Positions 53,501 through 64,000 of a stretch of 64,000 nt of DNA are shown one piece after another. A program made the translations under genes and the position numbers. Source of the DNA: Nitrospirota bacterium (GTDB taxonomy: Bacteria; Nitrospirota; UBA9217); contig CAVVUN010000001.1 of NCBI GenBank assembly GCA_963751455.1, positions 64,001 through 128,000 on the forward strand, in the 5' to 3' direction. Under the pieces are notes generated by a model. That model was not told the DNA's origin, made no database searches, and saw only the letters and a list, made by a program, of their open reading frames with translations. Numbering within the stretch: position 1 is the stretch's first letter; each line of letters starts with the position of its first letter.

Positions 53501-56500
53501 CGTTTGAGACCGTCGGCGAACGTCGTTGTGTTGATTGTGGCTGACGTACAACCCAGGAAGGAGTCGGCCCTGTTCGTCGTGACGGCTCGCGCCGGAATAT
53601 TGTTCGAGGCCGGTACGTCATACGTGAAAGACACGGTAGGCTGGCAGACAGGACTCCCTCCGCTGTTCACGGCATTAGGGCCATAGACTGCGATAAGTCT
53701 GCCGAAATCATCGTAATTGTTGACCCGGAAGTTTCCGTTGATGTCCTTCGTGGTCAAAGGTTGACCGAAGCGTGGATCATAAAGGGCCGAAGAGCTGTAA
53801 CCGAAGGAATCGGATATACCGGTAACATAAGTCTCGACATCGTCATCATAGACGTATTTAAGCTTATAACCATCTGAATATTTATTGTACTGGGGGTCCC
53901 CCGCAGGTAAAGTGATGGTCCAAAGGTTGCCATCCGGGTAATAGGTCATATTCCACTGAGCATTCTTGCCCCCCTGTACAAGCATGGTAAAATTAAGAAG
54001 ATTTCCAGTGCCGTTTTCGTAATTCCCCGAGCGGCTCCGGTAAATCGTACCCTTGGTATCCTTCACAAGGATACTGCTCGGCTTATCCATGATGTAATGC
54101 GCCGTGTCCTTCTGATTGTAGCCGATCGAGACATAAATGTCGTCGACGGTTCCGTTGTCCGCACGATCCACGTATTCAAGAAGGTTTCCGTACTCATCAT
54201 ATGAGTTATATTCCTGGGACGTGTTCTTGACAATACTCTGGGTCGAGACGTCGTAATAATTGGTTGTCGTCATCGTTAATTCAGGGAACTGCGATAAGGG
54301 ATCTGACCCGGGTACAAGCTCGTAATCGTTCTCGGTTGCCACATAAGCCGGGTTCACAGTGCTCTGAATATTTTTGATGTCCTGGATGCTCCCTGAGCGT
54401 GTGATAGAATTTGCGAGGAGACCTTTAAGATAATAATTCTGGTTATGATACGTGTTGACAATGGTGACGGTGTCGTTTCCAGAGCCCCGTGTTTCAGCTA
54501 CAGTATGGAAACCGTAAAATTCACGCTCGTCGCGGCTGTAGAACCCGGAATCGTAGGCATATGAAGTTTCATAAACGTTCTTGAGCCTCCCGGAAGAGTC
54601 CTTCATGCCGTCGTTCCTCGTCACTTTCGACAGCACCCAGTAGCTCTTCGGCATGTCGATGCTCTGGTTCTGATTGGAGAAGTCCACCTTGTTGCCCTTG
54701 CGTTTGTAGTTTATGGTAAAACTCCCACCGAGGGGGCCATTCGCTGATTTTAGAAGATTTGCCTTGGAAGAGAGGTTACGCTTAACCAGGATAGTATGTT
54801 TGTCGAAATCCGCGTCGTGAGTGATTTTGAAAATATGGTCCGGCAAACCGTCACCGTCGATGTCGGTGAAATCTATATGAGAAGTAGTGGAATGGGTCGG
54901 TATCTTTTGGGGATTATAATCCGTTACAAACGGATTATTATGTATGTCCGGATTAGAGATATTGTCTTCCCTGATAATCCATGAAAGGGGATTTCCCGTC
55001 AACGGTGATATAAGTTGATACAATTCGGAAGAGTCAGGGAAACCGAGCACAGATGACTCGAGCAAATTGCCGCCGGGCAGGCTTCCCAAACCGAATTTGC
55101 GTTTATATGTCGAAGTACTTGCGAGACTGCCGGAGTCCTTGCTCGACCTCACAGCCGGCGCAAAAAGACCAGATCCGTTCACAATCCCGGCACTAATAGT
55201 GTCCATTAGGACGAAATTAGTATTAAAGAACCCATAGATATAGCTTACTGTGGCGCTATTGGATAGCGTATCGTTATAAAGAAACGCAGACAGCCTTTGA
55301 TAAAGCTCTTGATCTGACACTGATAAAAGAAGGCTTGTAAATAGGTCTGGTGCAACGCTCAGCATTTGCGCAGTCACAGCTTCAGGGTCCAGAGACGAAG
55401 AGAACTGCCAGAAAGGAATTGCCCATTTCTCTTCGTTCCCGAATCGACCTCCTTGGTTGATCCTAACCACCATAAAGCTGTCATTGGAGTTCTTTGAAAC
55501 CATATCAGGCAGACCGTCATCATTAACGTCGACCATATCAAAATCGTGATTAGTCACGCCCAGATTTATCCCCCAAGAACCTCCTGAATAGTTCAGCCAA
55601 TCGTGAGTGCCGAAGGTACCCGCAATCGTTTTGTTACTGCTCTTTCTCATCGGAATGTTAGCCGGCGTTCTCCATTCTTCCTGATAGCCGAACCGGCTCC
55701 CGAGGTTCAGACGAACAAGAAGCTTACCAGAGCCGTCAGGCTCCGGAGGCCCCTGTGTTACCAGATCCGGCAAGCCATCGCCGTTGATATCGATCAGATC
55801 GGACTGCGTCGAAGCGGTCCCTTCAGTATAACCCAGGTTTAATGAGAAGAGATTCCAGACGGAGAAAAGGCTGGAAAAGTCTCCTGAGGAATACGCGCCA
55901 CTCCCTGAGGAAAATAAATACTGACCAGCGGAGGAAATATTACTGACAACAGGTCCAACGCCGAGATTATAGCTGGTACTCTCGTTTGTGACGGTCCTGA
56001 AATTACCAGGATTAAGCCTGCTTGGTGTGGTAAAACCGCTTTTCCCGTCATTCAGTGTCACACCGGTTGTTGTAACCTGGTCGGGATAATGGTCTCCGTT
56101 CATATCAATCAAGTCGAGCGATGTACCGCTGTTCCCGCTCCCTTGCTGCCATGAGACGCCGGCGCCTGATCTCGTGGAACTATTATCTACGCCGGAACTA
56201 AGCCGGATTGTGGCGCTGGAGGCCTTCGGATTTATACGAGTAGAGCTCAACACCGAGCTGCCGATAAAACATCGATCCGCGCTTCCCAGCCAAACAGGTG
56301 CAGCTTGTGAAAAAGAATTACCGCCCGGCAAGGGCACCATGCGAGTGAAATCTTGAGACCCGGCATACGATCCGTCCGCCTGCTTCGTCTCGATAACCAT
56401 AAGGCTTTCAGCCCACATCTTGCCGCTATTCCATTGGCCGTAGTACCATTCGCGGAACCCCCCGCCATAAGCTTCTATTTCCTGCTGCGGATCCAGGTAA

Positions 56501-56914
56501 TAAAATTGAACGTCCGGATTGAAGACAAACTGATTTCCCGAAGGAGTACATGTCCACTGTTCCTGACCATCCTGGGTGCACTGCACGTTAGCGCAGGTTG
56601 AGGAGTCATTTGGGCAATATTGCGTGTAGGTGATCTTCGGCGACCAGGAAACGGAGCTTCCTAGGTTTTTGTCTGACCGCACTTCGAAAAAGAGCTGATC
56701 GCCGGCTGCGACGGGAATCGTGAAGTCGTGGGAATTCACTCCACCGGCACCCAGTTGCTGTTTCCAATAGGATTTGTTGATGCCAAGAACCCGCGCCGTA
56801 AAGGAAGCGGTTGATTGTGTTCCATTAACTGTGCCGGTAATCTCTATAGTCCCGGAGTACGGAGCGACCCAAGTTAAAGCCGTTGTTCTTGGGATCGTAG
56901 TCCATAAGGGATAA
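50560..56914 (-). CDS. RHS-2 C-terminal part: FG-GAP, TcdB_mid, RHS core and M15 peptidase tip
   Basis: Open frame from the IS junction. Tip has RTVEQQ, SKH..AMDI, GLKWGGDF and WDPGHLEM, the M15 Zn-peptidase motifs. Confidence 0.93.
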
Positions 56915-56918
56915 TTGA

Positions 56919-58436
56919 CCTTAACGTTGCATAAAAAATCGCTATGCGGCCCGTTGCAATCGGTCGAGATAATGCAACAACCCCTTTTTGACTCGTGGAT
57001 TGGCGTTCATTGTCAGAGTTAGCTTGCCGCCGGGCTGTGTCAGGCGGCCGGCACGCTGTATAAGTGTTCTTCGCAGGGTATTGGGCTCCGTGAACTCCCA
57101 AAGAGCGGCCCGTTTTTCGGTGGTGCCCCGGTCGGGTTCATGCGCGACCATGTGAAGTTCCTTCAGGAGATTGTGCGAGATGATCGCCGACATCATGTAT
57201 AGCTGATTTCCGTGCAATCTTCTCACAGCCACGTAATCCATATTGCACTGGGACTTTAGCTCTCCAAGGATGTTTTCCTGAGAACCGCGGCCCTGATGGA
57301 AGTTCAGGACTTTCTTCACCGTCGTTGTTTTGTTTGTAACGATCACCTTGAAGTCAAACCCGTATTCGTGCGGCGTGAACATATCAAGCTGCACCGGCTC
57401 TTTTGACTGCTTTTTGGCTTTTTGACGAATAAAAAGAAAGCGGAACCGGCTGTCCCAGCTTTTCGGCTTCCAGGGTGTGTCGAAATAGGAAACAACGGAA
57501 TCGTAACGCCTCCAGCGTTTTTTGGCTTCGATCATGTGCTTGAGTTCGGAGAACCGCTCAAAGGGGACCGAGATGGTGAACTCAATTCCGTCGCGCTCCA
57601 GCGCGCCGACGATTTCATCGCTGAAGAAAGCGCTGTCCATGCGCACTTCGATGACGATATCCGAACAGGTTGCACGCACCTGTTCGATGCACGCAAGGAT
57701 GAACGCCCGGGCGCCGTTGGAATCATGTACGTTACCCGAACGGGGCAGGACGTCAAGGACCATGCCCAACTGAGCGATCATGCAGAAAAGCGGATAATAG
57801 CTTCTCTGCCCTTTTTTCTTTTTGTTGAAGCCTACGGCGGCACCCTCAGCCCATCGGGAGGTCGAGAGCACAGAGCCGTCGAAATCAAGCGTCACGCGAC
57901 GAAGCTTCAAACCCTGTATGCGGGAGAGCGACATTTCCCGGCAGAACCGACGAAGATTCAAAATGTCCTTTGCGTCGACCGTCATCAATGCCCGGCTGAT
58001 CGTGGAAACGTCCGGCATTTTTCGGAGGCCCAGAAGACGAAGCGCCATAAGGTCGTCCTGATAGTATTCGATGTCGCGGAGTTTCCGATAACCCAGCATC
58101 AGATGCACGATCAGCACGAGCGTAATGACGTGATTGCCGAAGATGGCGCTCGACGGTAGATGATCAAAGCAGCTTTTCAAGCGGGCTTTCAGATTCAGCT
58201 TCGTGAAGAATGCCTGAATGATAGCAAGGCCCGCGTAGGAAGTGAGCTGTTGATCCTCGAACTTCAGTTCCGGTATTTTGTGAACGCGGCTTAGAACCTG
58301 TGCTTTACTGGACTTCACTTTCAGTGGCCTCCTGCTTGAGTGAAATAATGATATCGCAGGAGCACTATATCCAATAATGAAGCCTGTTTCCAGAGGTTTC
58401 TGCATATTTTCAAGAAATGTTTATGCAACTACAAGG
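56919..58436 (-). mobile_element. IS1380-family insertion sequence, 1518 bp, inside RHS-2
   Basis: TIRs CCTTAACGTTGCATAAA / CCTTGTAGTTGCATAAA; 4-bp duplication TTGA at 56915..56918 and 58437..58440. Confidence 0.93.
56942..58405 (-). CDS. IS1380 family transposase
   Basis: LTSYAGL, PDVSTISR, TLDFDGS, SYYPL, VRMDSAFF and FHQGRGSQENILGELK. Confidence 0.95.
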   Translation of the reverse strand: MQKPLETGFIIGYSAPAISLFHSSRRPLKVKSSKAQVLSRVHKIPELKFEDQQLTSYAGLAIIQAFFTKLNLKARLKSCFDHLPSSAIFGNHVITLVLIVHLMLGYRKLRDIEYYQDDLMALRLLGLRKMPDVSTISRALMTVDAKDILNLRRFCREMSLSRIQGLKLRRVTLDFDGSVLSTSRWAEGAAVGFNKKKKGQRSYYPLFCMIAQLGMVLDVLPRSGNVHDSNGARAFILACIEQVRATCSDIVIEVRMDSAFFSDEIVGALERDGIEFTISVPFERFSELKHMIEAKKRWRRYDSVVSYFDTPWKPKSWDSRFRFLFIRQKAKKQSKEPVQLDMFTPHEYGFDFKVIVTNKTTTVKKVLNFHQGRGSQENILGELKSQCNMDYVAVRRLHGNQLYMMSAIISHNLLKELHMVAHEPDRGTTEKRAALWEFTEPNTLRRTLIQRAGRLTQPGGKLTLTMNANPRVKKGLLHYLDRLQRAA

Positions 58437-61400
58437 TTGATTTGCGGCTTGAACCGGTAGATAAGATTGCCATTGCCGTCCGTGGCATTTGGATCTACGG
58501 ACATCGTACTGCAGCCGAATTGCGATAAATCCGTTGTTATACCGCAACCGGTAATGCTTGAAAAAGCCGTTTCAACCGAGAAAGTTACGCTGTTCGGATC
58601 AACATTCATCTTGGATGAAATATCAAAGAGAAACTGTTCTCCTTCCTTCACGTCATCGACTGTTTCGTTCAGGGTAATCGTCTGCTCTGAATCTGCCGGC
58701 AAGGTATATTCTTTAAAGATGGTAGTGTCATCCACAGCGGAATTCGGACTCGCTCGCAGGATTCGGACGGTTACATCATCGGTTGTCGGATGTTTTTTAA
58801 TTGTCCCGTTCAAAATCATAGTTCCTGCAAATGGAGATGCCCAGACAACCTTTTGTGAATCGATGAGAGAATAATCGGAAGAGCCTTGATAAGTGTACAA
58901 TGGCCGGCCAATCGAGTCTTTAAGGTTCTGAAGTGATTGTTGCGTTTGGTTCCCGGAATTTGTGTAGGTGATAACAGGGTCGAAAATTATCTGGTCGTTC
59001 TCGCCGTTATCTATGGAATTAAGCCGGAAATAGATACGCTCGCCTTGCTGAACATTCGTCAAATCGATGCTGTTTGAACCTGTGTTATTCTCGACTTCGC
59101 CGAGGAGATGAACTGTATAATCGTCTCCGGTAATAGTGAGTTTGCCGATCTCGGTATTTTCTCGGTAAACATACAGGATTACTCCATCGCCGTCATTCTC
59201 TTGTTTCGTTTTTTGGATGGTGCCGGCTATACTGATGTCACCGCTGAAAGGTGCGACCCATTTGCGCACGGGATCGGCTAGCGGGGAATATGGCGTTGTA
59301 CTGCTCGCTAATGAAGAAAGATCTGTCGCGTTTGACCAGGTGCCTTGTGCGAATTTTTTTTGAGACGGGATGAGATTCAGGGAAGCTGCTCCATTCGAAA
59401 TGGAGTCTACAAGTCCGTCCCCGTTTATGTCGCTTAATGTAGCATTGGAACTGCTGATTGTCGTGGCCTTATTATTCGACATGGATGCTGCCATAGTATA
59501 AGTCGCGTTTCCTTCGCTGTCCGTCGTCTTCTTCTCCGACTCGATTATTCCAAGCCCCACGTTTGTAATTGGTCCAAAACCGGTAGTTGTTCCGGACGGC
59601 GCTTCCTGATCAAACTGGTTGAAATAAACTCCGTCCGGATTAACCATATCGGGCAGTCCATCCCCGTTGAGGTCGATAAACTTTCTGGTAGTAGTGACGT
59701 TTGACTCGCTGTGGCTGGTTAAACTGCCGGTTGAAGGCGCTTTTAATGGGAGCGGTCCTATTCCTTGGTATGTTTGTTTGCTTGTTGCATAATCTTCTAT
59801 CTTGGTTATCGCATCGGACTCGGGGGTATACCATGCTTCTTGCTCGCCGAAGCCCTTAATCGAACCGTCATCCAGATGATCCATTCGATAATAATCGAAA
59901 CTGTGGCTGTAAAATACCTGATCGTTTGCTCCTTTTGCCGTAATAGTGCTCAGCAAGGTTTTGAAAAAATCGCCTATGATGTAGTCGAATTTGTAACTCC
60001 TGATCGTCTTATCTTTAAACTTAACAACGATGCTGTCCAATATATAGCGGATAGCCGTTTTGAATCCAGCAATGCCGCTGATAATAAGATCCTGGCGGTT
60101 CCCGGCTTTACGAATGAATTGAACACTATATTGCGCCGGAGCACCAGTACTGTTATTCTGTGTATACGTAATCGTATCAGGGTAAAGATAAACCCAGTTC
60201 TCTTCGCTAAGTGAGGTCTTTGGAGGACTTGAGGGGTCGAATAGACTGTTTAAGTAAATTTCCTGAGAATCTTTATAATAAGAAAATGTCGTCACGTTTC
60301 CATTGGTATCTACAACCTTATCAAGGAACCATTGAAATATGTCAGACGGATTCTGATAGTCAGAGAGTCGCGATTGGTCACTCGATCCGTAGTAGTACTT
60401 GACACCTGACTTATCGGTAACTTCCCACCGATAATTCGTTGGATCGCTCCCTTTACGAATGACCCTCAGAAAATCGCCCTCTACTCGTTTGTAAAATTGT
60501 AAATCCGTTGTTCGGTTGATCTTGGGCGTGTTCCACCTGAATACAGGCGCCAACTCCTGTCCAGCAAGGAGATAGCTTTCTGTCTCGTATGTATCATTAT
60601 ATTGAGGTACGCCCCAACGAGTGTCTACCTGAATGCTTGGGATCGGGATGTCCCAGCCAAGGCCCATCCACCCGTTAGCATTGTTGCTGGTATAGGTGAC
60701 CCTTAAGTCAGGCGTATACGCGCCTCGACCTTTTGGGATTTGGATCGGGTAGCTGAGGTTGGCAGTTCCCTTGTTGTTCGCCCTCGGAGGTTCTATGAGA
60801 TCAATATTCGTGCCCGGGTCCGCTGCCTTGATGTCCTTGATCGAGGTCGGATTAAATGTTAATGCTTCGGGATGCTCCGGGACAACAAGGGTGGAATTTA
60901 TAATATCGGTGAAGTGGTCCGATGAAGACGTGACCAGAGAAGCACTGGCATCCACCTTTTCACGCGTGAGCTGCTGCCAGCGCAGAAGAGATTCATCGTA
61001 GTAGTACATATTAATGTCGTTGTCTGTCTGGCCCGCCGCAAACAGTGCCTTTGAATAGCCGAACGAAATCTTGATAGGCTTTTTGAACTTCATGTGGGGT
61101 AGAAAGCGGTAGCCGGCGGCAGGAGACGTGACGTTTATCATGCCGGGATTGAGGCGATTGAGGTCGGCCTCTGTCAGCGGGATAATCGTAATCTCGGTCT
61201 TCTGGTCCACGGCGTCTGCGGGAATATCAAGTGTCACTCCACCATATTGAATTTTCTTTGCCTGGCCAGGTGATACTTCTTCGCTGAACTTTTCGCGCTT
61301 ACTCATTGCTGCATGGCTTGAGTTCGTCGTACTGCTCGGACCGTTGTTCAGAAGGTTCTTATTAAGAGTTATGGTCTGAGTAAACACAGTGCTATCGGGA

Positions 61401-63013
61401 TACGTCCCCGTTATGACAGATTGCCAAGGGTCGTTGTCGTCCTGGTCTGCGTAAGACGTCTCATCCTTAGTGACCGGGACACTGAAAGAACCATCAATGT
61501 TCGACACTGTCTTTCCGGAGATATCGACCTGAACCGTCTCAGAAGAATTGGGTACGGAATCGAGGAACCCTTGGATATAGGCTGTTCTCCCGAAATACTC
61601 TCCGTTTAACGGGTAATTTACAACAAGACCTCGCCCGACTCGCGAGCCGACCGGGCTTGCGATAAGTTCGATTTCATTTATGCCGCCGACGGTCGCACCA
61701 CGTCGTTTTTTGTCCGGGGTGACCTGTATATTTAGTCTAAGCGTGTCAGTTGCGACTACCGAGGGTATTTTGATATCGTTCCACCCGTCCTTGAGAGAGG
61801 ACAGGTCGACCGAACCGCCCGAAGCAAAGTTTTTCCATTGACCGCTTTCGACGTACTGAAGGGTTATTGTGCCGGAAGGAACGCCGGACACACACCACAG
61901 ATTGATCCTCACTGTGTCCGGCTGGACTGTTCGTTCTGTTTTTAGATCAAGATTATGCGTTGATTTAAGCTCAAAATAGGTAGCCGGATCTCCGTCGATC
62001 ACCGTCTGGGCGGAATGGACGGCATTTTCTGACGTCCCGGTCACCGAGGAAAGGACGTTCCAGCCGCTGTCGAGCTCTGCGACGAGTTTAAGATCTCGGA
62101 TCGAATATGAAGAGTGATCTCTATCCGTGACCTGGTTGATGAATTCTATGGTATTTATGCCGTTTACAAGCCATGAAGGACTAATCTCTTCTGCATGCGC
62201 TTTCCAAGCAGGGTTATCCGAAGTTGTCGGGACGAATCCGCCCATCCAGGACAGACCGTTGATCCGTCTTTCCGGAGAGATCGGGTAGTCTGCATTATAG
62301 GAAGCGTAGTAAAGGAAGGCACGCTTTATGAGCCTGGGGTCTGAATTCAATGTGAAGCTTACCGTATAGGAATTGCCGTCAGCAGGCACATCAATTGTTT
62401 GGGGCATGGCGCCAAGCTGCATCATATGGTAAGGCATCGGCGAAGAGGATAATATCTTTTGAAAATCTGACGCTGTCTTGACGTTCTTCAGAGTCAGCGT
62501 CGGGTCTCCTGGATCTGTTCCCCATATCTCAATTTCCTTGATCCCACCGGCGTTTCCACCAGCAGCGGTGAATTCCAGCATGAGTTTGTCGGTGTTGAGA
62601 GCGGAAGTCGCGGTAAGCGTATTCCATGCAGTCGTTTGGGATTTGGGAGTGATATTGTCGAGGCCCGGCACTGCAACCCAAGAGCCTGAACTGCCGTCAT
62701 AGACAGCAAGATTGTAGGAAGCGCTGCCGTAGATCTTGATGAGGCCGATATTTCTGGCTCCTGGGAGGGTAACCATGACCCGTGCCGGTGCCATCGGGGC
62801 ATAGGCTGTGTTCGTGTCAAGGTCGAAGAGCGTCCAGGCCGAACTATCTTCAACCCACGCGCCTGATGATTCTACCCTCACAATGGAGGGATTCAGCTTG
62901 ACGATATTCTGGCCGCCTGATCCGCCGAAGACGGCGTAGCTTCCTAAGATTGCAGTGGCAGCCGAGGCTATCAATAGGATTCTCACCATCCCGCATTTAT
63001 TGAGACTGCTCAT
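58437..63013 (-). CDS. RHS-2 N-terminal part: signal peptide, discoidin-like domains, ZU5, SpvB, FG-GAP
   Basis: GGGAGG SD before ATG 63013; hydrophobic leader; ZU5 GVTLDIPADAV..DHFT; SpvB GTANLSYPIQIPKGRG..NGWMGLGW. Joins 56914 in frame once the IS is removed. Confidence 0.93.
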
Positions 63014-63177
63014 GGCGCATACCTCCCGAAAAATGAAAAGATCACTTCTCACAGCCAATGCTCTAAAAGAACGCCATTGTCCCCTTCATGATCCCTTCTT
63101 TATATAAAGGCGCGCACGGGGAGGGAGAATACAATGGGATTATTCGAAGGATAACACGACTTGCATTCCATTCCTGA

Positions 63178-64000
63178 CTACGGTGTTAGGAACGGCAACG
63201 GATAGCCATGATAATTCTCCGACATGTCGGCTCTAGTCGGAGCTGTTTGCGGAGGCGTAGGCGACGTCATATCAATCTGGCATGCCGTTACATAGACGTC
63301 GCACTGCAATCCGCTCGCGACGCTCCCGTTCAAAACCCGTGCGTTCGTAGTATTTACCCAGTTGCCCCAGACCTCGTCGTACTTGTACTGCTTGGTCGAA
63401 CTATTCCAAACATCGGCCCACAGACTGATATAATATGATTTAGCATTAATCACTGAAAGCCACGTTATACTGATATCTTTCACGTTCGCATTCGCTGCGT
63501 TCGAGACAAGGGAGGCGCTGATGTCCGATCGGGAGTCTGTTACAGAAAGAGGAATGAGATTCGGATTCGGATTTGTATTCGCGAAGCTGAAGGCAGCCGA
63601 CTCCGAAGCCCCTCCATATGTAGCGGTTACGGTGTAGGTTCCTCCTCTGACCGGTTCGATATTGTAGTACCAGTATGCATTGTGGCCCTCGTTTGCCGGA
63701 TAAATGTAATTCATGACAAGACCGTTAGGATCTGTAACCATAATGTTCCAGTCGCCTGAGGGGACTGTTGGCGAAGGATTCGTGGATAAGTCCTGAATCG
63801 AGGTCCAAATGGCCAAAGCGTAGATAGGGGTATTATTCGAATCGCGCATGCCATAATCGAGTATGCCGCCCGCAGTCTGAAGACTGTAATTAGCAGAGAT
63901 CTGCCCCCCGCCCACGGGGAAGGTGAAAGAATACTCGGAGATATTCTCCTGAGGGGCAAGGCCGGGCGACGATAGATGGTTGGCGTAAAGAGCGACAAGA
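63178..64000 (-). CDS. RHS-associated surface protein, paralog of 35032..36510, 5' end outside window (probable frameshift near 63915)
   Basis: YALAIWTSI/YGLVIWTSL, GDWNIMVT/SDWNITIT, YPANEGHNAYW/YPATNAHYTYW, DVYVTACQIDMT/DVYVTACEQDMT, DMSE/DMSD. Confidence 0.85.
   Translation of the reverse strand, partial: LVALYANHLSSPGLAPQENISEYSFTFPVGGGQISANYSLQTAGGILDYGMRDSNNTPIYALAIWTSIQDLSTNPSPTVPSGDWNIMVTDPNGLVMNYIYPANEGHNAYWYYNIEPVRGGTYTVTATYGGASESAAFSFANTNPNPNLIPLSVTDSRSDISASLVSNAANANVKDISITWLSVINAKSYYISLWADVWNSSTKQYKYDEVWGNWVNTTNARVLNGSVASGLQCDVYVTACQIDMTSPTPPQTAPTRADMSENYHGYPLPFLTP

Noticed and set aside
21759-63013. Classical insecticidal Tc (ABC) toxin or T6SS effector locus
   Set aside because: No TcA, VgrG, PAAR or Hcp gene in the window. 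Signal peptides, peptidoglycan-related tips and adjacent immunity genes point to a different, antibacterial route.

Overview
Bacterial genomic window. Gene content (mqnA, DUF4416, DUF4388, fur-feoB-ideR, a sigma-54 site) suggests a Nitrospirota/Desulfobacterota-like anaerobe; this is inference only. Positions 1-15.7 kb are housekeeping and metal-homeostasis genes: CDF transporter, mqnA, TetR-TolC-RND pump, Rrf2, response regulator, two outer-membrane barrels, and fur-feoB-ideR with two Fur boxes. The first ~8 kb is full of single-base frameshifts that look like long-read consensus errors. Positions 15.7-64 kb form an almost entirely minus-strand polymorphic-toxin island. It holds two copies of a module made of a repeat-containing lipoprotein gene, a giant (~3,650-3,900 aa) signal-peptide/ZU5/SpvB/FG-GAP/TcdB-mid/RHS protein gene and a cognate immunity gene. 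It also holds an orphan RHS tip, a ~35-codon relic of a fourth RHS copy, orphan immunity genes, surface lipoproteins and a TPR/M48/BamE-like cluster. The tips are an M15 peptidoglycan peptidase, a LysM plus putative colicin-M-like domain, and an unrecognised beta-strand-rich domain. IS4, ISH6-like and IS1380 elements with intact ends and target duplications, an IS remnant and a 195-bp MITE have hit the toxin genes, their upstream region, the local AraC regulator and the island border. All family assignments come from motif recognition by eye; no database search was run.
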